A stretch of 64,000 nucleotides of DNA, from the NCBI RefSeq assembly GCF_009914755.1, contig NC_060927.1; one strand, given 5' to 3'. The position numbers and the translations under genes were made by a program. The first letter of the stretch is position 1, and the number at the start of each line of letters is the position of its first letter. The notes beneath the pieces were generated by a model that was not told the DNA's origin, searched no databases, and worked only from the letters and a program-made list of their open reading frames with translations. Of the stretch, positions 40,400 through 55,084 are shown piece after piece. This DNA comes from the human T2T-CHM13v2.0 reference genome, Homo sapiens.

Positions 40400-42000
40400 T
40401 AGCTGATAAGGATTGAGGGTCAGTAATTTCATGTTATAGTCCTGTATACCTCCACATTCTTGATTCAGTGGCTTGATGCAATAGATATTTACTTCTCATT
40501 CACATAAAAATTGATTCAGGTGTAGGGGTAGCTCTCCTCCATGTGGTGATACAGGAAGCCTCTGAATCACCTCTGTATCGTGGCTCTGTTATATATGACT
40601 ACAAAAGGCATCCACATCAAGTGGCAGAGAGTAGAGAAGGCCCATCTACTTCGTAATTACCTTGGCTCGAAAATGACTCAGATTACATACACTCAAATTC
40701 CATTGGTAAGGGGTTCCACCTTGTTGCAAGGGGCCTGAAAATTGCAGTCCTGGGTAAGACAGCCTCTTCCTGGTAACATCCTTCCTCTAAGAAGCACAAG
40801 CACAGAACCCTGGAAGGCAGCTACCTTTTTCCCTCACTATTCTTATATCTGGCCACCAAATATCTGTGCCTACTTTTCCCAAAAAGAGACAGCCCTAAGT
40901 TCTACCCTTCAAGCATCTACCTCACAGTCTAGGATCTCCAGGTCATGAATAGTTTCTCCATCAGGTCTGTATTAGTTTGTTTTCACGCTGCTGATAAAGA
41001 CACACCAGAGACTGGGCAATTTACAAAAAAAAAAAAAAAAACAAAAACAAAAAAAAAGAGGTTTGTTGGACTTACAGTTCCATGTGGCTGGGGAAGCTTC
41101 ACAATCATGGTGGAAAGTGAAAGCCATGTCTCACATTATGGCAGACAAGGAGAGAGTTTGTGCAGGGGCTCTCATTTTTAAAACAATCAGATCTCCTGAG
41201 GCTCATTCACTATCACAAGAACAGTGCAGGAAAGACCCGACCCCATAATTCAATCACCATTCACCAGGTTTCTCCCATGATACATGGGAATTGTGGGAGT
41301 TACATATCAAGATGATATTTGGGTGGGGACACAGCCAAACCATATCAGGGTCTAAATGAGATTCCTCCTCATATTCTGACCTTCCTATAAACCACAACAT
41401 GAGTCATCTATCCCTCACCGCATCCCAAATACAAAACACATAGGTGTTGTGTCAGGAGCAGAGTAACTGCAATTTTAAAACTCCCTTTCAGAGAAGGGAA
41501 GAAAGGAAAAGAAGCAGTGATCACCATTTCCTAACAAAGTGAGATCCTGCCAGGCAGGCATTGTAAATATCCCCACTTGGGAGAAGCCCTTGGTCCCTTT
41601 CCTCCATGGCCCTGTCTCTACAGCCTCGACAGGTTTTCTTTTTCATCATCCTCTATGGCCTCATCTGAAGGGAGTGTCAGGCAGTGTGCCCACCTTGGAG
41701 CTCCATAGCTCTCATAACCTACTTCTTTATACAAATTTGGAAGTCCAAGGGTTGCTGTAGCCTCAAACAGTGAAATACGTTTTTTAAAAAAATCAGTGCT
41801 AGTCTTTTGGGTAAAATAGTTCTCTCAAGTACTCAGACAGTCCCTAGTCTTTCTTTCTCCCATAAGTTATACCTACCAGTGATCACATCCAATGTAATTC
41901 CCTAGAGTCCTCAAGTCTTCTTCTTTTTCTCTGTCACTCTCGTGTGACAAGCATAATTTTCTCACATTGTCCAGGTGAAGTCACAATACCTCACCTAACT
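40400..42000 (-). mobile_element. Old MLT1 (I/J-type) LTR plus MLT1-int, split by THE1
   Basis: TCAGTGGCTT....CAATAGATATTTACTTCTCATTCAC and MLT1-int-like AACTGCAAT..AAAACTCCCTTTCAGA.AAGGGAAG. Approximate. Confidence 0.5.
40968..41347 (-). mobile_element. THE1A/B solo LTR with an internal A-run expansion
   Basis: TGTATTAGTTTGTTTTCACGCTGCTGATAAAGAC...CAGCCAAACCATATCA. TSD AGGTC/GGGTC. Confidence 0.9.
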
Positions 42001-42200
42001 GAAGGGACCCTGGGAATTGTAGCTCTTGGCTGAGCTTTCCAGTAACAATGCTACACCATGTAAGGAAGTACAAATCTTGGGTGAATAGTTAACCATTGTA
42101 CTATAGCTCCCTAAGAATATTTGGAGGAATATGGGTATTCTATATGCATGTAATATAACATGCTGCTGCTAGCTCTTCTTTTAAATACAGTGGCTCTCAG

Positions 42201-42317
42201 GGCCAAGTGTGGTGGCTTATGTGTGTAATCTCAGCACTTTGGGAGGCCAAGTCAGGAGTATTACTTAAGGCCAGGAGTTTTAGACCAGCCTGGGCAACAC
42301 AGCGAGACCTTGTTTCT

Positions 42318-42352
<35 letters not shown>

Positions 42353-42363
42353 AATTAATAAAT
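42201..42363 (+). mobile_element. FLAM_C (Alu monomer) with (AT)n tail, inserted in a MIR
   Basis: Single left arm ending at GAGACCTTGTTTCTAC. TSD TAAATACAGTGG. Confidence 0.85.
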
Positions 42364-43180
42364 AAATACAGTGGATCTGGATTTAAATCCCAGCTTCTCC
42401 GTTTATAACTTCTATGATCTCAAGCACTTCTCTATTCCTTCTGAATGCCACATTTTGTTATCTACAAAATATTGGTAGCTGTACTTACTTCACAGGATTG
42501 TTTAATTAAATTACATATTTATTTAACTGATCAATGATGGTTGAGTAATTCAAAAAGAATATGGACAGTTATCTTGAGAATAGAGCCCATATCTGTGTTC
42601 AGTTTTTGTTATAACCCAAAGATAATTAAACAAAACTTAGACATGCTGATATTTACATCTCTAAGACATTTCATACATTATAAACTTTGCATTTTGAGCA
42701 TTTTATTTTCTTTGCTGCAGAATTAGCTGGTTTACTGTGACATCTGCTTAGCAGATTATGTATAGTACCTTTTCTATTTCTGCCATTTTTATTTTTGCAT
42801 TTTGGGAAAGTGATAACGACCACTCCAATTTAGTTGGAAGAAAGCCTTCTGATTGCACAGTGTTTGATCCAAATTTGTGTAGTGGTAGGACGTGCACTTT
42901 TGTAGAATTCAGCACTGAAGGATTATCTACTTTACAAGAATATTGTTTTAATTAGTCGACAAATGAATAAATGATTTATGCAATGAAGTATGGGCAAACT
43001 AATTTTCTCTGAAGAATTCTCCATAGATATTTATATTGAACAAATATATAAATACTGATGCAGTTGCAGACACTGAAATTAACATTCAGCGTGAAAATTT
43101 TTTGAAATGAGTTCCAGCTGTAAACTGACTAGGAGGGAATTCTTCTATTTGGATAAGATGTAAGACCCCTTGGCCTAAAT

Positions 43181-43357
43181 CGGTGGTTCTCCAGTATTAG
43201 CATGCATCAGAATCACCTAGAGGGTTTATTTAAACAGATGATTGGGCCTCATCTTCAAAGTTTCTTCAGAGGTCTAGGGCAGGGATGAAAAATTTGCATT
43301 TCTAAACAATTTCCAAGTGCTGCTGCTGTACTTGAGAACACATTCTGAGAACCACAG
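43181..43357 (+). mobile_element. MER5A
   Basis: GTGGTTCTC...GCATCAGAATCACCT...TTTGCATTTCTAA...TGAGAACCAC. Confidence 0.8.
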
Positions 43358-43363
43358 CCTAAA

Positions 43364-43913
<550 letters not shown>

Positions 43914-45697
43914 AGATAAAGAATAGGGAGGTGAGTGTGGAAGAAGACAGCAAGAGTCCTGGCCCCCTCCCTTCTATCTGAGCCTCACATAAATTCCCTT
44001 CAATACCTTGAGTTAGATATTAGCAGGAGTTTGCCAGCAGCGTATTCAATTATAAGGACAAATCATTTATATATGCCTGTCATTAAATAATAAAAATTAA
44101 AGGTAATTGAATTACCCACTTCAGTACCCAGTTTATTCTAGATGGACAGAAGACTTATGTCTAAAAAGAATCACAAAATCAGCTTTCTTCTCAAACTTAT
44201 GGCTTCTAGAAAAGACATACAGGTTAACTTTCCCTTTTGAGGTGACAAAGAAGCTCCATCAATTTGATGAATTGTTCACTGCATGTCCAGTTAATTAGAC
44301 ACACTCTCTCATCTGCATCCAAAGCACAGAAACTGAAACAAAGTGTCTATGGCATAGAACCAAATAATCTGAATACAATCACTACTTAATGAGGTCATCT
44401 TCAGTGGAGTGGAGTAGTCAGAATGGACAGATCTGTATCAATCCAGTGACTTCTTGGCTTTGATCACTGTACTGTGCTTTACCTTAGGGGCACTAATTAT
44501 CCATCCATTGCATTTCTGAGTTTTCCAACAGTGAAAGTTGGAGAATCAGATTCTCTTTCATAATGTTGGGTCAGTTGCTGTCACCATTTGGAAAAGATAT
44601 TTTTAAAGGATTTGTATAATGTTGGAATGATGCCCCATATTTTAAAAGTGGGTAAAGAAAAGTGAGCTAGCATTTGTTAAATATCCATACGTGTGCCATG
44701 TATTATTGTAGGCATTTATGTTTATCAGCTCCAACACACACAATGCAGCCTCCTAAGATTAGTGGTAAGATTATTCTATTTTATGGAGAGGAAAACTGAG
44801 ATGTAGAAAACTAAAAGAACTTTCTCGAGTTCATCTCACTATTGAGTGCTAGAACCAGGATTGACTGGTTGTCAGTCATTGACTGGCTGTCTAAAAACCA
44901 AACTGTTGGCTACTCCATTCTGTCCACTGCAGTTCCCTCCCCTAAATTTGCTAGATTTGATAACTCAATTCATCCACTATGCATCACTTGCTCCGGATCC
45001 ACTCATTCCCCCAGTGAACTCTTGTCTGCTCTACAGAAATTGTCCTTGTTCCAGAACCATTGCTCCAAAACTCTCCAGTTTCTGATCTGATCATTAACAA
45101 GCCAAAGGTTTATTCCAAAGCTCTAGACAACAGTTAGATGGGTGTGGATGGTAGTTGAAAATTTTAAAAAATATACATTTGCACAGAGTAGTGTAACTAA
45201 AAACCATAGGAAGCAAACCCAGACTCATGAACTGAATAATGCCAAGGCTGGCAAATAATTTTCATCTCTTGAGTGAACTGTGATCACTTGTTAGTAGCTG
45301 CTGCAAGCCTGTGTGAGGAAGTATTCTGAAGCAATGTTCTGCCTAGGAAAGCTATATTCTGTTCTTAGGAAAGAATGCTGTAAGCAGTAAACAAAAGAAT
45401 CAACATGTACAGCACGACTTGCCAGATATGGATCTAAACACTTTATTAAGTTGGTTAATCCTGCAATAATCCTATAAGATAGGTACAAAGGAGAGAAATA
45501 AAGCACCAAGGTTAAATAATTTACCCACACCACACATTCAGTATTATTAAGTGGCAGAGCTGAGAAGTGAGCTCAGGAATTCTGCTGCAGTTGGTGGAGG
45601 GTGTGAGCAGTTCTGCCAGAGAGCAGTAGGGTGTGTGAGAGACATTTGCATCCCTGGGGTCATCTCCTAGTAAAAGGACAAAATGAGGAGGAGTTCT

Positions 45698-46200
45698 CAG
45701 GGCTTCTTAAACTGTTTTGTGCCTTGGAGCCCTTAACAGTGTTATAAGGTCCACAGACAACTTCTGAGGATAATGTTTTTAAATGCATAAAGCAAAAATA
45801 TAAGGCAACTAATAAAATCAATTATATTGAAATCTGATTTTCAAAATATTTTTAGATGTAAATTTGTGAGACAGTAATATGCATACTTCTTTATTAATAC
45901 AGTAAATAACAAGATCCATCAGTGAGTCTAATAGAAACCAGAGTTTTAAAATAATGAAGAGCATAAACAATGTTTCAATGACTCTATTAATACGACGACT
46001 GTACTGTTAAATAAAAATCTTTGTGATTTCTATTTGTGACAAAGTCACAGGTACTGCTAATTCAAGGGTAGTTTGTTGCATTCTTTCATAATTGAAGGAG
46101 ATGCTTAATTGCAGTTAAAGGTTAATGGAAGGAAAGAGGTGATTTTTTTTTTTTTCTATTTAAGGCCACAGACCCTGTGGGTCTATCCACTGAAACTTCA
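45698..46200 (+). mobile_element. hAT-Charlie element (Charlie4a-like)
   Basis: CAGGGCTTCTTAA...ATAATGTTTTTAAATGCATAAA...GTGACAAAGTCACAGGTACTGCTAAT. Confidence 0.65.
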
Positions 46201-46539
46201 AAGTACATTGAGTACTTCAACTGTTAATGTTGTAAGAGGAAAACTGGATATGAAAGGCAGTAGAAAGAAATTTAATAACTTCTCTGTAATTGTGTAACCT
46301 GAATAAGTCAGCTAACGTCTCTGGGTTTTCATTTTCTCACTGTAAAATGGGACTAAACCTCTCTTATTAGACTGATGTAGAGAAGAAAAAACAATAATCT
46401 AGTTGGAATGACATTGTGGGCTATAAAACACTGTGTTAATTCTAAGAGATCTTAATAACTGTTAGAGAAGCAGCCACAAGTTAGTATCAGAATTTGAGCT
46501 GCCTGTTACTCAGGTTTCATTAGTGCTGTTTAAAAAAAC

Positions 46540-48280
46540 ACAGCTTCATTGGCTGCCTACTGTGTGTCCACACTAGATTTATTTCCATGCTAAGGTACAA
46601 ATACAACCTTCAAGGAGATTGGAGTCTACTGTGGGAAAAACAGATACATCTCCACAAAATAGTGAAGTACAGTGAAAGAGAAATGCACGGAAAAGATGCA
46701 GGGAAGGCTTCCTGCAGGAGGCGGTGTACCAAGCCTTGAGGGTTGAGTAGGAATTAGGCAAAGAAAGAAGTATTGATGTTACAGCTACGGGGAACAGCAT
46801 CATACAGAGCACAGAAGTAAGATATGGGCTTTGTATGCAGGAAATGAGACTCATTTCATCATTTCCAAAACATGAAGTACCAAAGACAAAAGGGGAGAGG
46901 TAAGGGCGAGAACAGAGAAGGTCCTAGCTGCTTTGTTAGAGAATGTAGGCGGTATTTTACAGAGGATGCGAGACCCTAATGTCTTCTAAGTAGGTGATTT
47001 ACATGATCAAACTTATGTTTTAGAAAGAAATTGCAAATTGGTGACCTAGAAAAATCTAATTTACATATGTGTTGGCCCAATATATTGAATTTCTTCTTCC
47101 TATATTTAAAAATAAGAAGACTACCCTCTCTCCAAAAAAACACAAAGATCTAATATCTCTGAGTCCATATTGCACATGGCATCTGAGTAATGATGTCCCA
47201 TTTGGAGCAGACATGGGCTCTTCAGGTGGCTATAATCTCCCCACTTCCTGTTTCCTTGCCAATGCTGAGCCCACATGAGTGTGGCCATTTATCATCAAGC
47301 TTAAAGCACATTTTTCTTATGGTGAAGATATATTTCTTTGTATTCATGTCTACATGAGTACAGAGTACTTTTGGTAAAAGTGGGAAAGTGAATAAACAAA
47401 AGGTCTACATGCTTCAAGAAAAACGGAAAAGATATTTCCTTCCTTACTCTAGCCTGCTCTTCTCACTCACAGGACCTGCCTGGAGCTGGACATTGTGTAT
47501 GCAGCCCCTTTTGCCAGGCACAGCGCAGGCTGCCAGACTCATGGAAAATGGGTTTTTTGGGACAGAACTGGAGGCAGGTAGAACAGTTAGATGATTGCCA
47601 TGATCCACACAAGGAATGATAAGAGTGGGAGTTAAAATTGTAGTCCTGAGGATGGAAAGAAGGGATGCAGTCAAACAATCCATTGGAGACAATATAACCA
47701 TGGGATTCATGATTCATTAGCTTTGAGGATAATAGAGGAAAAGAGTGATTTGCCTACTTTCTAGTTTGTACTTGGAGGCTGTTTATGATTCATTCAACTA
47801 AAAGACTAGGAAAGGAAAGGCAGATTTAGGGTGAGGAGAATGGAATCTGTTGTGAACATGTTGAGCTGGAGATAAAGTTGGGACATATATTTAGCAATGT
47901 TTAACAGAAAATTGGATTTATGAGCCTGAAGACAAAGAGGTCTGAGTTACAAGTTTGAATTTAACTAGTGAGCCTCAGTCTGTTGGTAAGTGAAGCCATG
48001 AAAGTGAATTCTATCACTCAAGGAGAGCCTGAGGCTCAAGAATGGCTCATGGGCAGGTGCCCAGGCAACAGTGTATTTTAAGGATCAGATCCCATTAAAA
48101 GGACCCTCCAAACACCACTGCACAAGAGTGAAAAGAATCCAGAGATGAAGGTGTTATGGAGACCAAGGAAGTAGATTTTTAAGAAGTATTAAATGCAATA
48201 AAATATGAAGAAAAGGGGGTCCCAACATTTTGGAAATTTGAAATGTATAGTTGCTCTTAGTGAATTTCAGTAGAGTTATA
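46540..48280 (-). mobile_element. Fragmented L2 (interrupted ~47030-47560)
   Basis: GGGAAGGCTTCCTGCAGGAGG...ATGATCAAACTTATGTTTTAGAAAG...GAACATGTTGAGCTGGAG. Confidence 0.55.
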
Positions 48281-48405
48281 AGGACAACACAAGATCCTAA
48301 TTACATATAACACTTACTACATGACTCTAGTAATGTAGTCATGTCTGTAGTCATGTAGCAAGTGTTATGTAATTATGATCTGATGTTGTGCTTATATCTC
48401 TACTG
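48268..48405. repeat. Imperfect long inverted repeat (~58-bp arms, 22-nt loop)
   Basis: 48268-48326 versus the reverse complement of 48349-48405: 6 mismatches and a 2-nt bulge. Confidence 0.92.
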
Positions 48406-48409
48406 CAAC

Positions 48410-48620
48410 TAAACTCCCTTTACATTGTAACTCATTTGAAACTACAATCTTATGAGATTGGCACCTTGGTTATCCCCATTTTACAATGAGGAAACTGAAC
48501 GAAAATGAAGTTACATTACTTTCCTGAAGAAACACAGCAAATAAGTGATGGAATTAAAGTTTCAAATTCAGGCAGTTTAGCTCCAGAGTCCAGGCTCTTG
48601 ACTTCATTACTATGAAACTA
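48410..48620 (-). mobile_element. MIR
   Basis: TATCCCCATTTTACAATGAGGAAACTGA...CTCCAGAGTCCAGGCTCTT. Confidence 0.75.
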
Positions 48621-49708
48621 TCTTTTCATATTGCAGTGAGTAACAAATAGGGTAGCCCAGTTTATGCCCGTTGTCCCAATATCCAGGCTATGAAGCAGTC
48701 ATTTTCCAGATTTAGATAAAAAATTACATCTGACCACCTCACTCATGCAATATAAGGACAATAGGAAAATAAATATTGTAAGCCTAGACAGTTCTTTTTG
48801 CCATAGTGTCTCATAATTTGTAAGTCCTCAATAAACGTCTGTTAAATGAATGCATCAGAAATATTCATTATGAGAGCAGTTGACTGATATCCAGAGGGTA
48901 AAGACTAGAGCATATTAATAAGACTGAAGGGAGGTTGTCAGTAGAGGAGGAACTTGAAGGAATGCAAGACAAAGTAAACGACTAATTTAGTGATGTTTCA
49001 AAAGAGGGAGAAAGAGATGGTGCTGAAGACAGTCCTGCATCACAAAGGAAAAAAAGGCTATTAGGCCTTTTCCTTGAAGTCATATCCCCATATCCCTGTC
49101 ATCTTCCCCTTCCATCTGTACATTCAAAAATATTCTGAGCACAAAAGAGGTTGATTTTGGGGAAAAAAAAGTATAACAGTGAAAACAGAAGTGGGATTTG
49201 TATAGGTATAATGACATGAGAAGACACTGGACAGAAAGACAACAAGACCAAACTGACAGATGAGACTCTCTCCACATCATAGGGATCAGAGCCATCTGTT
49301 AAGAATGAAAGAGTTGTGCGGGCTGGAGGGGAGAGGTGGTGATATGAAATGGGTCATTCCAAAATGAGACAGGGAGTTAGCTGATACTAAAAGGATTAAA
49401 GGTCAGTTCTGATGGCCTAACTTAAGTGGGAGACCATACATTTAATGTGACAAGCAAGTTTTGTGCTGTTCTGCATGGAGGTTTTCCTGGACACTGTGAT
49501 GACAGGATGGAACCGTGAAGGAATCTGGATGGATTTCTGAGGGAGGTGTTCAGATGATCACCCAGGATAGAAGGAAAGGCCAAGAGAGGGGAGGATGGCT
49601 GGGAGAAAACAAAAGGACCCAGGGTCTGAATGCTTCCATGATGGTGAAGAGTAAGGAAGGAAAGAAGGAGGGCCTGAGAAGGCCTGAAGGACATGCGGTT
49701 GTGGTCTA

Positions 49709-50099
<391 letters not shown>

Positions 50100-52420
50100 A
50101 GAACATGTCTACTACTATGCTTACTCAGCCATGGAAAATGCCCTATATTGTGTCAAGCAGCCATGTGAGTTTGAATTCTATACCAAAATGAACACTTGGA
50201 ATCATGTGCCCCAGTCAAAGAGGATGTCTTTGTTTTCCATCAGGGAGGCATCCAGGGCATGTGTGAAATTGATTGTAAATCATTTGTGTTGTTTTCTAGA
50301 TATTGAACATGCCCATTTAACATATTTAATGTGTTTCTGACATTTACAAAGTGTCTGGCAAGCTTTGGGCAATCATTATTTAAGGCATTTTTACTGAAAG
50401 TACCCCTGAGTAGTTCCTAAACACTGCATTCTTTTTCAATCGATTCTGAATATCCCTGAAGAGGGAATTGTAAATGTTGAAAACTGTAGTTGTCAATCAT
50501 GGGCTCATCTACTCGCCTCTTTGAATGATAATATAAATTCATTTGAAACACTACAGTGTTGCTAGATACTTGGGGCTTTTTTCCTTGCTGCTATAGAATT
50601 GCTTTATTTCAGTAAGATTCAAAAAATGAATTAATCTCCAGAGACATAAGCGCTTACTAACCTCGAGAGTCACCCGACTCCAGATTTTTGAATTCTTTTT
50701 AAGAATGATGGGGTTTGAGTAGGTCAGAGGTAGTGCCCCAAACCCTCTGTCTTGACAAGAGAGCCATTGCAGACTCCTTTCACCCTTGTTTAATTTGTGC
50801 TGGGGACTGACAGGTCCTATATTAGGATGTGAAAATGTCTGCAATCAGAAAATGCAGCATGTTTCCAAAATGACAAAAATGGTGCATGTTGTAAATGCAA
50901 TTCTTCTTCAAGTCACTTTTCATTCCTGTTCTGATCAAAATGCAAGCTGTAACACTATCCTCAGCAAGTCTGGAGGCTTCTGGATGCCCCAAATGAGGAG
51001 GATGGCATATATATGGGCTTGAACCACCAGGTGAGAGGAGGTATGTAGTGGTTTTGTAGATGGAAAATGCAAATACAAATCTCTTTGTTCTTAATTATAT
51101 TTGATACATTCTCTGCATAGAATATCAATTCTATCTAATGAGAAAATGTACAGCTAGGCCATTTGGCAATGGGCAACAGATTCTGTGTAAGCATCTGGCA
51201 AAGGAATAATTTGACAAATAGCAATATGCCGAAATTGTGTTAGATAATTTTTGAGGAACTATTTGTCAGGGTGAATGCTCATTTTATTCCTGGGATGTTA
51301 TTCATCAACGCCATGATTTAAATGACAATTAGCTACAAGGTTTACATTGCAGCTGAGCTTTTCATATTTCCCATAATCCTCTGCATGCATATTCTTTATT
51401 GATAAAGATGCAGTAACTTCTAGGGCCTCTCACCTTGACACTCTGCTGGAAATCTGAACTTCACTCTCGGGTGAATCTGAGTAAATAAAGGCTTAAGGAG
51501 AAGGGCTGAAATGAGAAATTAATTCTTTGCACATCCCGTGGAAGTTGAAGCAGGTTAACAGATGTTCTGTACCAATGGGGCACCTACAGCAACTTGTAAA
51601 TTTATAGCACTGACTGCAATTGTGTTGTTAAATGAAGATTCTGCAACTTCACAATATGAGAACCTACAGTAGTTGACACAGGAATTATAAAAGAATAGTG
51701 GCAGCTTTTCCAGGCTCTCCAGCATTATTTCTATAAGAAATACAGGATCATCATATGTACTAAGTCCCTTAAATATTCTTCCCTGTCTTTGAATTCTTCT
51801 TCCTTTCACCCCATCTATTCATTTGCTTCTACTGAACTTGATTTTACTAGCATTTTGAGCCCCATTGTCCCCAACCTATTCCCCAGCCTATCACATCCCA
51901 GCTGGCCTTGATGTCCTTCCTTCCCACTCTCAGATTTTAGGGTCAGCTATCTGAAACAGCCTTGTACAAGAACTGTGAATTTGGAAGCCCATATCTATAG
52001 TTCTCCACTGTATCCTGTTTGATATAGCCCAGAGCTCTGGATTAATAGAGGAATCCCTTACCTCTATGCCTATTCCTGAGCTTCTAAGAAGGGTTGGAAA
52101 TCTTGAGCCATTTGGACACTATGTAAGGACCAGTTCTTCCATCCTCATCTGAGCTCTTAGTGACAAGTTTTTGTTACTGTTGTTGCTGGTCCATAACAGC
52201 TACTGTTTCAGATCTTCCTTTCCCTCCTTGAGCCTCCACACCCACACTTATTCTTCTATTCTTCATTACAAGTTGCATAAGAATTACCAAAAATGTTCAC
52301 TTAAAATGCTATGTCCCTAAGGCCAACCCCCAGCTATTCTGATTCAGTAGGCTAGGGTGGCATCCAGGAATCTGCATTTTTTATTTGTTTTCATTTTTTT
52401 AATTGACAAATAAATGTATA

Positions 52421-55084
52421 CAGTTGACTCCTGATCAACACAGGGTTAGGAGCACCAATCCCCTAGACAGTCAAAAATCCATCTATAACTTTTGACTCCC
52501 CCAAAACTTAACTACTAATAGCCCACTGTTGACTGGAAGCTTCATTGATAACATAAAACATCGATAACATGTATTTTGCATATTATATGTATATTATACA
52601 CTGTTTTCTTACAATCAAGTAAACTAGAGAAAAGAAAATATTATTAAAGTCATAAGAAAGAGAAAATACATTTATTATTCCTTAAGTGGAAATGGATCAT
52701 CATAAAATTCTTCATTCTCCTCATCTTCATATTGACTAGGCTGAGGAGGAGGAGGAAGATGAAGGCTTGGTCTTGCTGTCTCAGGGGTAGAAAAGGCAGA
52801 GGCAGTTGGAGGAGGTGGAATGGGGAGGCTGGAGAGGCAGGCATACTTGATGTAACTTTACAGAAATGCATCATAACATTTGTCTGATGTTTTTGCTTTT
52901 TCATTTCTCTAAAAATGTTTCTATATAGAACCAATTCTCTACCCACCATTTGCTTTAGTTTTGGTACCCACGTTATAAAAGAAGTCAAAGCAGTCTTCAA
53001 TAATTGGAATGCTTCTGCCAGACTGTCCAAGGTCAATTTGTTTTCTGACACTGCTTCTCCATCTTCTTCCTCATCATCAGGTTTCGATGCATTCATCTCC
53101 ATCAATTTGTCTTCTATTCATTCCTCTGGTCTGGTGTGCATTAGCTCTTGAGTTTCTTCAAGATCCGTATCCTAAAACCCTTCATCCCCCAATTTTTTTT
53201 TTGCCATATACATGATCATTTTCAAGATTTTCTTGATTGGCCCTGTCATGAATTCTGTGAAGTCATGTACAATATCTGGATACATTATACATTCTCCAGC
53301 AGGAATTTATTGTTCCAGGATTGATAGCTTTCACAGCTTTTTCTGTAACACCAATGGCATCTTCAATGGTGTAATCCTTCCAGACTTTCACTGTGTTCTC
53401 TCTCAGGGTTCTCCTACATAGCACTGACAAACTTTTTATAGAGTGTCACGCTTAAGGAGCCTTTTAAAGGTCCTTATGACTCCCTTATATAAAGGTTGAA
53501 TTAAATACATGGTGTTTGGGAGCAAGTAGATTACTTGATGCCTTCAGTGTTGAACTAATAATGGAATTCTGGGTAGCTAGGAGCATTGTCCAATATTAGA
53601 AGAACTTTAAAAGGCAATTATTTACTAGCAAGGTACTTCCTGACTTCAGGGACAAAGCATCAATGGAGCCAATTCAGATAAAAAGGATTCTTGTTGTGCA
53701 GGCCTTCTTGCACAACAAAAAGCCTGGAAATTGGTATTTATCTTTTCCCTTCAAGACTCAGGGGTTAGCAACTTTATATATACGGGCAATCTTGATAAAA
53801 ACCCAACTGCATTTGCGCAAAACAATACAGTTAGCTTCCTGGCTTAAATCCTGGTGCTTGCTTCTGTTCCTTACCAATAAATGTCCTTTGTGGCATTTTT
53901 TCCCCTGGAATAGGACACTTTCATCTTCATTTAAAATCTCTTCAGGCAGATGCTCTTTCTCCTCAAAAATTTGTTTAACAGCATCTGAGAGTTGGTCTGC
54001 GGCCTCTTGGTTAGCAGAAGTTGCTTCTCCTGTTATCTTGACATATTTTAAGCCAAACCTCTTTTTAAAACTATTAAACCATCCTTTGCTGCCATTAATT
54101 TCTCCAGGTTTAGATCTTTCACCTTCCTTTTGTTTTACGCTGTCAGGTAATGACTTCTGTTTTTCTCAAATCACATTGGAGTCTATGGGTATGGCTTTCT
54201 TATAGCAATCTTGCACCCATATAAAAGCTTCATTTCAATATGATATGAAAAGGTATCTTGCAAAAAATGCAAGCTTTTGCGCCTGCTGGCATAGTTGCAG
54301 CTACAGCTTCCCACTTTTCTTTTTTCTTTTTTTACAATGGTCCTTAAGCCGGATTCATTTTATCTTGAAATGATAGGCAACTGCAGCTGCAGACCTCAAT
54401 CAAGCAATTCAACTTTTTCTTGTAATGTCATGAATTTTCTCTGTTTCCTAGGAACACTTCAACCATCACTAGTGGCACCTCGTATGGGTCCCATGGTGTT
54501 ATCCAAGGTTTATGATACTGCGCTAAGCATGATGAAAAATTCAGAAGAACCATAAGAGATCACTTTTTACTGCAGTATGCAATTTACTGGAGAGATGTAC
54601 TGTTCACTTGGAGATAATTAGAGTCACATGGCATTTTAAGTAGGTACTTGTAACACTTCAACTCACTGCAATAGCAACTGTAGGGGGCTACAAAATTACA
54701 TGGTAGTATACTATGTGCTACAGTTAATTTTATGCAGTTAGGATTAATAGTGCATGTTTATCTTGGTTTATATTCTCTCAACTGTGAATGGCTCCATGTA
54801 TGGCCTGTAAGTGTGTGTGTAAATTTTAACAAATTTTAACTTTTTATAATAGATTTATGCATATATTATGGTTGTAAATGATCAAATAGACTACTCTCTA
54901 AATATATGTTATGCATTCATGACATAACTTTCTTAACATTTTTGCTATTTCTAGGCTACGTAGTTCATCTGCTAGTTTTTCAAATTGTCACATGTCTAAA
55001 AAATTGTTTTGAATACATTTATTTTTAAAAACCTACACAAGTGGACTTGCACTGTTCAAATTCATGTTGCTCAAGGGCCAACTG
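52421..55084 (-). mobile_element. Full-length Tigger2 (pogo-type) DNA transposon, ~2.66 kb
   Basis: TIRs CAGTTGACTCCTGATCAACA / TGTTGCTCAAGGGCCAACTG, TA TSD on both sides, internal transposase remnant. Confidence 0.9.
52850..54494 (-). pseudogene. Disrupted Tigger2 transposase (HTH-psq/CENP-B plus DDE)
   Basis: Starts MGPIRGATSD..VPRKQRKFMTLQEKVELLD, then GEINGSKGWFNSFKKRFGLKYVKITGE and an acidic C-terminal tract. Multiple stops and frameshifts. Confidence 0.8.

Noticed and set aside
41025-41057. A-rich run inside THE1 as a retro-insertion
   Set aside because: No TSD or element body. It fits slippage expansion of the consensus ACAAAAGAAAGAGG.
53663-54205. 180-aa + strand ORF
   Set aside because: Antisense shadow of the Tigger2 transposase. 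No splice or promoter support.
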